Below are positions 38,108-47,160 of a stretch of 64,000 bases of DNA, in pieces; within the stretch, counting starts at the first letter, position 1, and each line of letters starts with the position of its first letter. A program made the position numbers and the translations under genes. The notes under the pieces are model-generated. The model was not told where the DNA came from, ran no database searches, and saw only the letters and a list, made by a program, of their open reading frames with translations. The stretch is from a virus: the IMG/VR virus record IMGVR_UViG_3300037311_000293; one strand, given 5' to 3'.

Positions 38108-38320
38108 ATGAGTAATGAATCGTCCTCCGAACTGACACATGGAGTACGTCTAGATCTCGCTCTTGAGATCATCGCAGTTCGAGGCCCCGCAGACCATCCC
38201 GGCCCCGAGGGCTGGTACGCCGTGGAAGACGCCGGCCTCGGTATCGTCGCCTACTTTCTCAAAGAGACCGACGCGCTTCGCTATCGACTCGATCTCGCAA
38301 ACCGAATGGTGAATCCGTGA
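38108..38320 (+). CDS. Hypothetical protein
   Basis: 70 aa starting MSNESS. Confidence 0.55.
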   Translation: MSNESSSELTHGVRLDLALEIIAVRGPADHPGPEGWYAVEDAGLGIVAYFLKETDALRYRLDLANRMVNP

Positions 38321-38556
38321 GCAACGAGGATGTCTTCAAGTCGATCCTAGTCGTGTTCCTCGTAGAAGCGATTGGACTGATCGCCTACGTACTCTTACGG
38401 CCCAACGACAAACCGCTCGATACCCAGACCGATGCTGTCTTCTGTCTCGAGCAGTGCCACGCCATCGGATGTGGTGCGTGGATCAACGCCCGCTACCCCA
38501 ACAGCAACGAGACAGGCTGTATCTGCGCCTGCGAAGGACCAGGAGATCCGGAATGA
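38317..38556 (+). CDS. Small membrane-anchored Cys-rich protein
   Basis: N-terminal TM; CLEQC, CG and CICAC. Confidence 0.6.
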   Translation: MSNEDVFKSILVVFLVEAIGLIAYVLLRPNDKPLDTQTDAVFCLEQCHAIGCGAWINARYPNSNETGCICACEGPGDPE

Positions 38557-38988
38557 ACTACTCCGACGAGATGGATCGGATCATGTCTATCGTGCTCTAC
38601 AGAGAAGACGAGGTGAAAGACTTGAAAGACGAAGAGGTGCCCCAGGGCTGCGTTTTCGTCCGCGGCCTCGCCCACAACTTCGGGTTCCATCCCGGGCGTC
38701 TACTCGACTCGGCGGAAGACGTCAGGAAGATCTTGGGTGCCGTGGTCACCGACGAGTTCATGGGGGGCCGAGGGTGGCTGGAGCTTCCTGAATCTCGTCG
38801 TCGGACGCAACGGCGAAATCTGGGGCAACCAGGTCGACGCCGAAGGTCTGATGTGCCTGGCGCTGGGTCTCGGGTGGGCCGAGATCCTGGTACCGCGCTC
38901 GATGTGGCAGATGATGCCCGGCGGCGTGCCTTACGTGCGCTTCAACTTCACCGGTGAGCCAAAGCTCACATCCGCCGAACAAGACTGA
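38553..38988 (+). pseudogene. Hypothetical phage gene with +1 frameshift in a G6 run (38762-38767)
   Basis: Removing one G gives continuous ...DEFMGAEGGWSFLNLVVGRNGEIWG... Confidence 0.75.
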
Positions 38989-39017
38989 TCACAGACTCAA
39001 GCAGAGATAGAACAGCA

Positions 39018-41072
39018 ATGAGCAACTTCAACGCATTCGCCCTCGCAGTCCACAACTCGTTCCAGAACATCGTCAAGTCCGGAGCCGCCCGCGCCGTTGT
39101 CGTCGACATCGAACCCGACGATCTCTGGCACAAGTACCTGGCCGCGTTCCCGGAAGGATCGAATCCGGTCTTCCGCGTCCGCACCGAGCACGACTGCGCG
39201 TGCTGCAAGCAGTTCATTCGACGAGCCGGCGTCGTGGTCGGTCTCCTCGGCGATAGCGTCCTGACGGTCTGGGACGAAGCCGCAAAGCAGGACGGTACCT
39301 ACGGCATCGTGGCGCGGGCTCTTCAGGCCGCCGTCAAGGACGCCTCCATCAAGGACACCTTCGTCGTCTCTCGCAACGAGACAGGCTTCGGAGCCAAGCA
39401 GTCGCGATCGCTTGACAAGGCCACTCAACGCGCCGTGACCTGGAATCATCTGTACACCGGGGAGATCCCCGTAGCGCTGCGCAGCGCTTCACCCGGCGAG
39501 CAGCGCGGCGACGCCCGGACTGCGGTTCAGGTCTTCACGCGTGGTCTCCTTGAGCTCAGCGAAGATGCTGTCTCCACCGTTCTCGGACTCATCGACAACA
39601 ACGCGTTGTACCGTGGTCAGGAGCATCGCCGTGCCGTCGTCGAGTTCCAGAAGATGCAGAAGGCATTCCTCGGGCTTGGCAGCCACCGGGATCGTCACTT
39701 CTTCGTCTGGAAGAACTACACCCATCCGGTCTCTCGTTTCCGCAACACCGTGATCGGAACATTGGTCCAGGATCTCTCCGAGGGCCAAGAGCTCGAACGA
39801 GCAGTCAGCAGCTTCGAAACCAAGGTGGCGCCGCAGAACTACAAGCGCACCACCGCGCTCATCACCCCCATGATGGCAAAGAAGGCGCTTGAGACCATCG
39901 AGACCCTCGGCCTTGAGCCCGCGCTTGAGCGACGTCTCGCCGTTCTCAGCGACGTCTCCGTCAACGACGTCCTGTGGGTCAGCAACGCCGCCAAGCCGCT
40001 CATGAAGGACGGTGTGGCCGGAATGCTGTCGTCGCTGGCCAAGACGGAATCGAAGACCAAGATCGCCGCTGAAGACATCAGCCTCGACGACTTCATGTCC
40101 CGCGTGCTGCCGGAAGTCACGGAGCTCGAGCTGTTCTTCAGCGGTGCCCACCTCGGCAACCTGATGGCGCTGACGGCCCCGGTTCATCCGGAACCCAAGC
40201 AGCTCTTCCGCTGGGACAACGACTTCGCTTGGTCCTACGCCGGCAACATCACGGACTCCATCGCTGAGCGCGTCCGCAAGGCCGGCGGCAAGGTCGATGG
40301 TGCCGTGATGCGGGTGTCGCTGTCGTGGTTCAACTACGACGATCTCGACCTCCACATCCACGAGCCCGAGCGCGGAGCACGAAGCGTCAACAGCCACATC
40401 TTCTACGGCAGCAAGATCGGGTGGACCGGAGGGCGGCTCGACGTCGACATGAACGTGGGACCGAACGGCAGTCGGCAAGCAGTCGAGAACGTCGTGTGGT
40501 CCTCGAAGCCGGCGGACGGCGACTACAAGGTCGTGGTCCACAACTTCACACACCGCGAGACTTCAGATCCTGGCTTCGTCATCGAGGTCGAGAACGCCGG
40601 CAAGCTCTTGCACTTCTCGTACAACAAGCAAGTCCGACAGAGCCAGTTCATCGAGGTCGCCGTCTTGACCGTGAAGGACGGCGTGATCACTGGTGTGAAG
40701 CCCGGAAACGGAATCACGGCCAGCAACATCTCCCAGGAGCGCTGGGGTCTCACCACAGAGCGCTACATCCCGGTCACCACGGTGATGCTGAGCCCCAACT
40801 ACTGGGGCACCAACGCAGTCGGCAACAAGCACGTGTTCTTCGTTCTCGAAGGCGCCCGCGCCGACGAGGAGTTGCGCGGCATCTACAACGAGTTCCTTCA
40901 CCCCCGCCTCGAGGCACACCGCAAGGTGTTCGAGGTCATCGGAGATCGCACCAAGTGCAAGACCAGCCCGGACCACATGGCCGGGCTGGGCTTCTCCAGC
41001 ACCAAGCACACCACCTTCTCGGTGCGTGCTCAGCAAGGCTCGCGCAAGCGCGTCTTCAACATCCATGTCTGA
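39018..41072 (+). CDS. Large phage protein with YfaP/DUF2135-like domain
   Basis: VSLSWFNYDDLDLHIHEP...GGRLDVDMN...AVENVVW; N-terminal HDCACC. Confidence 0.7.
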   Translation: MSNFNAFALAVHNSFQNIVKSGAARAVVVDIEPDDLWHKYLAAFPEGSNPVFRVRTEHDCACCKQFIRRAGVVVGLLGDSVLTVWDEAAKQDGTYGIVARALQAAVKDASIKDTFVVSRNETGFGAKQSRSLDKATQRAVTWNHLYTGEIPVALRSASPGEQRGDARTAVQVFTRGLLELSEDAVSTVLGLIDNNALYRGQEHRRAVVEFQKMQKAFLGLGSHRDRHFFVWKNYTHPVSRFRNTVIGTLVQDLSEGQELERAVSSFETKVAPQNYKRTTALITPMMAKKALETIETLGLEPALERRLAVLSDVSVNDVLWVSNAAKPLMKDGVAGMLSSLAKTESKTKIAAEDISLDDFMSRVLPEVTELELFFSGAHLGNLMALTAPVHPEPKQLFRWDNDFAWSYAGNITDSIAERVRKAGGKVDGAVMRVSLSWFNYDDLDLHIHEPERGARSVNSHIFYGSKIGWTGGRLDVDMNVGPNGSRQAVENVVWSSKPADGDYKVVVHNFTHRETSDPGFVIEVENAGKLLHFSYNKQVRQSQFIEVAVLTVKDGVITGVKPGNGITASNISQERWGLTTERYIPVTTVMLSPNYWGTNAVGNKHVFFVLEGARADEELRGIYNEFLHPRLEAHRKVFEVIGDRTKCKTSPDHMAGLGFSSTKHTTFSVRAQQGSRKRVFNIHV

Positions 41073-41084
41073 ACAGGAGAGAAC

Positions 41085-41495
41085 ATGAGCGACGACAGCA
41101 TCTTCCAGTACGCAACGCGCAACAAGCTCCGCTTCCCTTCCGGCCGCGGAGAGCTCACGGTCGAGCAGCTCTGGGACGTGCCGCTGCGTTCCAGCAACGA
41201 CTTCAACCTCGACGTGATCGCCAAGACCATCAACAAGGCCCTCAAGGAGGCCTCCGAGGAGAGCTTCGTCAACAGCACGCGCTCGCCGGCACAGACGCGT
41301 CTTGAGATCATGCTTCAGATCGCGAAGCACGTGATCATCACCAAGCTGGAAGAGGAGCGCCTGGCCGAGAAGCGCGCCGCGAACAAGAAGGAGCGTGAGA
41401 AGCTGCTCGAGATCTTGGCCGAGAAGCAGGAGGGCAAGCTCTCCAAGCTCAGCGAGACCGAGCTGCGCCGCCGCATCGAAGCGCTCGAGGTCTGA
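41085..41495 (+). CDS. Coiled-coil phage protein
   Basis: ATRNKLRFPSGRGELTVEQLWDVPL; SD AGGAG. Confidence 0.75.
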   Translation: MSDDSIFQYATRNKLRFPSGRGELTVEQLWDVPLRSSNDFNLDVIAKTINKALKEASEESFVNSTRSPAQTRLEIMLQIAKHVIITKLEEERLAEKRAANKKEREKLLEILAEKQEGKLSKLSETELRRRIEALEV

Positions 41496-41507
41496 GGACA
41501 GAACGCA

Positions 41508-41547
41508 AGCAAAAGAAGAGGGGATCACTCCCCTCTTCTTCTTTGCT
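41508..41547. terminator. Bidirectional intrinsic terminator
   Basis: AGCAAA-AGAAGAGGGGA-TCAC-TCCCCTCTTCT-TCTTTGCT. Confidence 0.85.
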
Positions 41548-41870
41548 CAGATTCTGAAGTACACGACGCCAAACACGGGCTCCGAGACTTCCATTGCTTG
41601 CTTGCCGAAGAACGCGAGCTTTGTCTTCTCGATGTCCTCGTCCGTAAGCCCTTCGCCGTTGACGTTGGCCAAGCTGATCTGCACGGATTCCGAAGCACTA
41701 AGAAAGACGACGCGCAATGCATCCTTCGTGAACGACTGCGCGAAACCGCGTTCCGAGACGATGTACCTGACGCCCTCCGGACTCTGCCAACCCTTCGGTG
41801 CCCGCTTCGGCAACAACAACGCGAGGCGTTTGTAACGCGCCGACTCCTCTGCGGTGTACTTGCGCTTCAT
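41547..41870 (-). CDS. Hypothetical protein
   Basis: 107 aa. Confidence 0.65.
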   Translation of the reverse strand: MKRKYTAEESARYKRLALLLPKRAPKGWQSPEGVRYIVSERGFAQSFTKDALRVVFLSASESVQISLANVNGEGLTDEDIEKTKLAFFGKQAMEVSEPVFGVVYFRI

Positions 41871-42241
41871 GCCAAGACTCGATCGATGTCTTCGGGATCG
41901 AAGACCACGATGACACTGGATTCCTTGATCTTGACGAGGTCGAAGCGGACGAAGAACTGACGGTTTGTCTCCTGCTCCTTGAGGAACCGGATGAACGCCA
42001 CCTTGTCTCCGACCTTGAGCCCGCCAATCGGCGGACGCGGGCGTGACTTCGTGTTGGCGAAGCCGTAGGCGACGACCGTGCCCGTGGCCAGGATGCCGGC
42101 GTCCCCTCGATCCCCAGCGGTGTCCGGAATGTGGATGCCGCCAGAGGTCGTTTCTCGGAGCTCATCCATCTTCACGAGGATGTCGTCTCCGAGGATCTTG
42201 AGAAGACGACCATCGGCCAACTTGTATTCGTTGTGGTTCAT
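41867..42241 (-). CDS. groES: Co-chaperonin GroES (Cpn10)-like
   Basis: ILGDDILVK...ETTSGGIHIPDTA...GTVVAYG...LKVGDKV. Confidence 0.85.
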   Translation of the reverse strand: MNHNEYKLADGRLLKILGDDILVKMDELRETTSGGIHIPDTAGDRGDAGILATGTVVAYGFANTKSRPRPPIGGLKVGDKVAFIRFLKEQETNRQFFVRFDLVKIKESSVIVVFDPEDIDRVLA

Positions 42242-42633
42242 TCGACTTTCGTGAGGCGAGAGGTTTCGATCCATTCCTTGTGGTCGCCGAAGTCGACGAG
42301 CACGTGGTCTTCGCCGTCGTGGTTGACGTCGACCACGCGTCCCTCGAGCTGGCTGGCGGTCTTTCCGTCGGCGACGACTCGAACGCGATCCTTGGGGAAG
42401 TAGGTATTGGCGTGCTTGAACATGGTGTTGCCTTGTGCAGTACGGTACGGGCCGTGTGATGGCGGACTGGATGCCCAGATCCACTTCTCTACATTATCAC
42501 ACCACGAACATCCAGGATCGCAGCGCTTTGTATTGAAGTCAGGGCCCGGAAGGGGATACAGGCACGCCAACCTATGGAGTAGATCGACGTGCCTGTACAA
42601 CAGGGCCCAGATCAGTACGTAGGCCAGCATCAC
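42238..42633 (-). CDS. Hypothetical protein with C-terminal SH3-like domain (alternative start 42423)
   Basis: FPKDRVRVV...GRVVDV...VLVDFG. Confidence 0.55.
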   Translation of the reverse strand: MMLAYVLIWALLYRHVDLLHRLACLYPLPGPDFNTKRCDPGCSWCDNVEKWIWASSPPSHGPYRTAQGNTMFKHANTYFPKDRVRVVADGKTASQLEGRVVDVNHDGEDHVLVDFGDHKEWIETSRLTKVE

Positions 42634-43019
42634 TTGTCGTCGCCGACCTCGATCTCCATGATGTCGAGCTCCTTGACGCCGGGCGGAGCATCCATCGTGC
42701 CGACGTCGACACCCGTGACACCCGAAGGTACCTCGCCGAGCTCACCGCTGTGAGCCGCGAGGAACGCACGAACCCCCTGCTTGATCGTGGGATTCGCGAC
42801 ACGAAGCTGATTCTTCATGTCTTCGGCGTCGGCGAGGATGAACACGCCGGGCTTGCCGTCCGTGTTGTCCTTGCCGAACTGAAGCGCCAGGCACATCGAG
42901 CGGCGACCGTCGCTGTCGGTCCATGCCACTGCGAACAGCTTGGCCTCGGTCACACCCTCGACAGCGTTGATCTTCTTGCTGAACTCCGGCGCTGCGGTGG
43001 GTTGAATCACACGTCCCAT
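42630..43019 (-). CDS. Hypothetical protein
   Basis: 129 aa, SD GAGGA. Confidence 0.7.
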   Translation of the reverse strand: MGRVIQPTAAPEFSKKINAVEGVTEAKLFAVAWTDSDGRRSMCLALQFGKDNTDGKPGVFILADAEDMKNQLRVANPTIKQGVRAFLAAHSGELGEVPSGVTGVDVGTMDAPPGVKELDIMEIEVGDDK

Positions 43020-43028
43020 GTCGTCCTC

Positions 43029-43337
43029 CTAAACCAGAAGGTCCTTGTGGTCCTTCTCTCCTGACAAGATCTCAGAAACCGTCTGACCGCTCACCACCAT
43101 GGGAGCGCCATCACCGACGCGCATCTTGACCACGGAGGCCTTGTGCGCACGAATCATGTCGATGCAGAACTGTAGCAGACCCGAACGATCAAGTGGTGGA
43201 CTGCTACTCAGCAGCTTGAGGTTGCCGTCGCGTTCTTCGTAGGCCGCGACATCGACGGCCTCCACTGCGGCGAGTTCCCCAGCAGAGTCGCAGGCGTTGC
43301 CCAGCCTGTATTGAATCACCAATACAGTCATCGGCAT
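43029..43337 (-). CDS. Hypothetical protein
   Basis: 102 aa. Confidence 0.65.
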   Translation of the reverse strand: MPMTVLVIQYRLGNACDSAGELAAVEAVDVAAYEERDGNLKLLSSSPPLDRSGLLQFCIDMIRAHKASVVKMRVGDGAPMVVSGQTVSEILSGEKDHKDLLV

Positions 43338-43927
43338 CAGCCCTGCTGGAAACCGTCTTCATCGACGTCACCCACGACGTCCTGAAGCGTTCTCGCGGCC
43401 TGTGGCGCCGTCTGCGGTACCTCGGGATAGCCCATCTCGTCTGCGGACACCCGCCGAGGCGGAACCTGTCGGGCTCGCCGCTTCATGTCTTCCTTCTGGG
43501 CGTGCCGTAGCCGAAGAGCCTCGGTTTGCTTCGCCTTGATCTGCGCCTTTCGCGTCTCCTGCGCCGTGGGCTCGTGCTCTTGTTCCGGAGGCGTGAACGC
43601 GTCCTCCGGGAAGGAGGCGAAGGGAGAAGGGGGATCGGAGACAACACCCTCGTCTTCGTCTTCGAGATCGGGGAACGTCTCTACCACCTCGTCTTGTACT
43701 TCATCCCTGGATTCGATCCATCCAGCCGAGTGAACCATGCCAAGTGCGCCGCCCACGACTTGGAAGTCACCATGAACTGCCGAGGCGACGACAGCGGCGA
43801 CGTCTTCTTCGGCGCACTGCACCTCGAACTCTCGGTCAGCGATCCGGATGACCAAGCAGTTGTGCTGCTCACGGGTATCGGGATCCCATTCCTGGCGAAC
43901 GCGCACCAGGTCGACGACGATCTTCAT
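43337..43927 (-). CDS. Acidic hypothetical protein
   Basis: 196 aa. Confidence 0.7.
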   Translation of the reverse strand: MKIVVDLVRVRQEWDPDTREQHNCLVIRIADREFEVQCAEEDVAAVVASAVHGDFQVVGGALGMVHSAGWIESRDEVQDEVVETFPDLEDEDEGVVSDPPSPFASFPEDAFTPPEQEHEPTAQETRKAQIKAKQTEALRLRHAQKEDMKRRARQVPPRRVSADEMGYPEVPQTAPQAARTLQDVVGDVDEDGFQQG

Positions 43928-44250
43928 GAGCGTCCTCCAAAGGGATTGGGAGGCGGGGGCGGTGTGCGGGGGTCATCCATCTTCTTCGCCAGGCGGATGA
44001 CGGCGAGCGCGCCAGAACCAATCTGGCCCGCGTACTTCAGGATCAAACACTTGTTCGGTGTATCCAGAACCAGACCGTTCTCGTCGAGGCCTTCTTCGGC
44101 GTTGAAGGCCATGCAGTCCGGACCGCAGACGCGATCACGGTCGTGCCAGCACAGCGCGCCGTTTCGTACGTCCTGTGTATCGGGACGCTCGATGTACGGG
44201 CTGTCCTTGAGATCTTCGACCAACGAGTCGAGCTCGTCATCACGATTCAT
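43924..44250 (-). CDS. Cys-containing hypothetical protein
   Basis: CW...CGPDCMAF. Confidence 0.7.
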   Translation of the reverse strand: MNRDDELDSLVEDLKDSPYIERPDTQDVRNGALCWHDRDRVCGPDCMAFNAEEGLDENGLVLDTPNKCLILKYAGQIGSGALAVIRLAKKMDDPRTPPPPPNPFGGRS

Positions 44251-44777
44251 CGCTTCCTCTTCTTCTTTCCCGGCGAGCGAGTACGTACCGTAGGCGTGTT
44301 GTCGGGATCCACGAACACGGGATGGAGTGGTAGGTTGTTCTCCACGGCGAACATGCGGTGCTGTACTTCGGCTTCTTCGAAGGCAGCGGTAACCGCGGCT
44401 CCGCAGATCTTCTGCATCACGGCGTCACGAGCTGCTTGAGCCAGACGATTGTGACGACGCGCTTTCTCGACTGCCTCATCGTCGCCTTCCGGTACCTCGA
44501 CCATCTTGGGTAGCAGACCGATGAACTCGAGCGACTGCACCAGCGGCCCGGCACCATGAACGGCGAGCGTGCGGATCAGTACGGTACCGATACGCTCGAT
44601 ATCCCAGACCTGCTCTGAGGTCACGAACCCTACAGTATCGGCTAGCCGACCCTCCCACCCGCAGTTCGGGCACTGAGCTGTCGACGTCGATGACCCTTCG
44701 GCGTCTCTGAGCTCTGAACGGGTGATCTTCAAATCGATTCCACCACAATCCGGGCATGTGTGTCGTGCGTCAGCCAT
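44247..44777 (-). CDS. Zinc-ribbon hypothetical protein
   Basis: CPDC...CPNC; SD AGGAG. Confidence 0.7.
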   Translation of the reverse strand: MADARHTCPDCGGIDLKITRSELRDAEGSSTSTAQCPNCGWEGRLADTVGFVTSEQVWDIERIGTVLIRTLAVHGAGPLVQSLEFIGLLPKMVEVPEGDDEAVEKARRHNRLAQAARDAVMQKICGAAVTAAFEEAEVQHRMFAVENNLPLHPVFVDPDNTPTVRTRSPGKKKRKR

Positions 44778-44804
44778 GTGATCTCCTGAAAGGACTGGAG
44801 CATA

Positions 44805-44822
44805 CCCGCCCCGAAGGGCGGG
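44805..44822 (-). terminator. UUCG-capped hairpin (terminator or stabiliser)
   Basis: CCCGCCC-TTCG-GGGCGGG, intergenic, only a weak U tract. Confidence 0.5.
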
Positions 44823-44828
44823 TCCTAG

Positions 44829-45230
44829 TCACTTCTTTCGCTTCTTCTTGGCGCGGTACTTCGCCTCTTCCTTGAAAGTGTCGTACAGATCTTGCTCCGC
44901 CGACGAGTCCATGCAGATCACCCCGAACATGTCAGGCACCGTCGATGACCGAAGATGCTTGCGGTCGATCTTGCATTGCAGCTCGTTGTGCAGGTACTGG
45001 TAATCCGAGGACAGCTCGAGGTAGGCAGCCCTGCGCGCCTTGAGAATGTCGACGAAATCCGAGTCCGCTTGCTTGGATGCCAGATGCCTGGCGATCTTGC
45101 GCTCCATCTGTTCAGCCGACTTGTCCATCGCCTTCGAAAGACGGAGGTACTTACGGCTGAGCTCTTGTATCGGCTTGATGGCTTCGGCGAGGTCACGAGC
45201 CACGCGCCGCGAGAGGTCGGGCATCTTCAT
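44829..45230 (-). CDS. Hypothetical helical protein
   Basis: 133 aa. Confidence 0.65.
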   Translation of the reverse strand: MKMPDLSRRVARDLAEAIKPIQELSRKYLRLSKAMDKSAEQMERKIARHLASKQADSDFVDILKARRAAYLELSSDYQYLHNELQCKIDRKHLRSSTVPDMFGVICMDSSAEQDLYDTFKEEAKYRAKKKRKK

Positions 45231-45885
45231 CGGTAGACCCGCTTCAGGATCTTGACATCATGATCCGAAATCCATGGAGGGAGCTGCCCCATGGGCGTTG
45301 GTGTTTGAATCGGCCGCATGATGCTCTGTTCGTAGTCGTCGTGGGCAAGCCCGAGACAGTGACCGAGCTCGTGCAGGAGCACGTGACCCTCCATCTCGGT
45401 ATCGCCCGTGTTCGACGTCCGAATGGTGCAGTAAACGTCGAGGTCGCCGGGATCGTACTCCATCACCCAGTGACGTGCATCACCAGCGCTGTCCATCCAA
45501 TCTGGATCTCGGGCTTGTTCGGGGTGGTAGCAGATCATCGAGCCGTCGAGACACAGGCCGTCTTCCAAGTCATCGGCAAGGATGAGAAGCCCGAAGCCAA
45601 CACGGCTGTTCACGTGACCCACTGCGTCTTCGAGAATCGCCGTGTAGTCCATGGCGTAGACACGGTCCTCGAGGAAGATATCGATCTCGATCGGTGACTG
45701 ACGCAGCATGACGTCGAAGCATGACGTCGAAGCAATCCCCGGTGTAGTCGTAGCGATCGTCCGTCGTACGGCAGGCGCGCATCAGACCGGGCTCATCGTG
45801 GGTGAGGACCCCCGACAAGTACGAGTACGAGAGCAGTGACAGTCAGCGCCGCCACGATCCCGAGCATGATGTAGTTCCGCTTCAT
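45227..45885 (-). pseudogene. Membrane-anchored matrixin-like (M10) zinc metalloprotease with two frame disruptions
   Basis: HELGHCLGLAH plus Met-turn SIM; N-terminal TM; extra base in a G5 run (45809-45813) and a 13-bp tandem duplication (45706-45731). Confidence 0.8.
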
Positions 45886-46481
45886 GAACCTTCTCCCATG
45901 ACCCTCACGGGCCACGCATCGATCAGCAACTCCCTGTGCATACCATAGTTGCTGGTCCGCTCATAGACATCGATTTTGGACTCGTCGAGCTCCAAGATCT
46001 TTTCGTCCACTTGGCCCTTGCGGATCAGGTAGGCGAGCCAGGCCTGTGGGTTCTTCGGTATCCGAGGCGCGTTGATGGTGGTCTTGGCGACGCTGAACCT
46101 CTGCGGCCGGTGACCAATCCTGGGGTCCGGGCTGTTCACCACGAGAGCGGTGAGGCCGTCGATCAGCCCGGAGCCGAACAAGATCGTGGCTACATCATCG
46201 GGTCTCACCTGTACCACCACCGCGGTCTCGTCTCGGATGAAGAACAAGGAGCTTGAGCCGGGGTCGTATTCGAGACCGGCTCCTGCCTTGCCGACCAGAA
46301 GAGAGTGCATGTAGATCGTGTTGATCTCGAAGCGCATGATGCGCTTGCGTGACCGCGCACAGGTGATCTCCCAGCCACGTTCCCGAGTCTCACCCTTGAA
46401 CGCCTCGTGAAAGACCAGAATCTCGATGTCGGTCTGAATCTTGGTCTTGATCTTGATACCATCGCGTCGTAGCTGCTTCAC
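45882..46481 (-). CDS. Hypothetical protein
   Basis: GTG start, 199 aa. Confidence 0.6.
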   Translation of the reverse strand: MKQLRRDGIKIKTKIQTDIEILVFHEAFKGETRERGWEITCARSRKRIMRFEINTIYMHSLLVGKAGAGLEYDPGSSSLFFIRDETAVVVQVRPDDVATILFGSGLIDGLTALVVNSPDPRIGHRPQRFSVAKTTINAPRIPKNPQAWLAYLIRKGQVDEKILELDESKIDVYERTSNYGMHRELLIDAWPVRVMGEGS

Positions 46482-46485
46482 TGGT

Positions 46486-47160
46486 CTACTCCTCGTGCTT
46501 GATGCGCCGTACACCGGCCATCTGGAAAAGCGCTTCCTCAAGCTCAGCGATTCTGTCGTGAAGAGCCTGCACAGCACCGAGATGCTCGATCTCGGAGAGG
46601 AGCTGGCCGATGGCCCAGTCCTCGGTGCCCTCCATGAGAGACTCCTCTGCGGTACGGGTCCGGTACGTCCTGGCGATCTCCTGAATCGTCTCCGGAGACG
46701 GCCGAGGCGGCAGGGTCGGCGGGCCGCCGTCCCCGGGAAGCCATCGCTTGTTCCACGGTCTGAACTTCAGGATCCACTCAGGCGACGGAAATGCGCCGGT
46801 GAAGTGGTAGCCTCGATCGTCGATGTACAGCACCGACGGTGGCTTCTCGGTAGGCCACTTGATCTTGAAGTACTCGCGCTGTGCCGCTTCCCAGGCATCG
46901 ACAGGCTCGAAGCCCGCGGCGAGCATGAACTTCTTGAGATGACTGCGCATCCATTCCTTCATCGCCTGGATACCTCCTGGCGCCGAGGAACGGCTTGAGT
47001 GGATGTGGAGCACGAGCTCGGGATGACTGACGACCTCGACAACCCAGGCCATCGCGCCGGGAACAGGACCGTCGTGGATCTCCACCGCAGTCGTCCACGG
47101 AGAGTCGTAGGCGTGAAGAACACCATCGAAGTCGCAGCACACGTTGTATTTCTTGCTCAT
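46486..47160 (-). CDS. HAD-superfamily phosphatase-like protein
   Basis: DFDGVL motif I; YIDDR motif IV. Confidence 0.8.
   Translation of the reverse strand: MSKKYNVCCDFDGVLHAYDSPWTTAVEIHDGPVPGAMAWVVEVVSHPELVLHIHSSRSSAPGGIQAMKEWMRSHLKKFMLAAGFEPVDAWEAAQREYFKIKWPTEKPPSVLYIDDRGYHFTGAFPSPEWILKFRPWNKRWLPGDGGPPTLPPRPSPETIQEIARTYRTRTAEESLMEGTEDWAIGQLLSEIEHLGAVQALHDRIAELEEALFQMAGVRRIKHEE

Noticed and set aside
37930-38111. Possible frameshifted small Cys-rich gene after the SD at 37918
   Set aside because: All three frames give short plausible peptides, and no unique repair can be supported.
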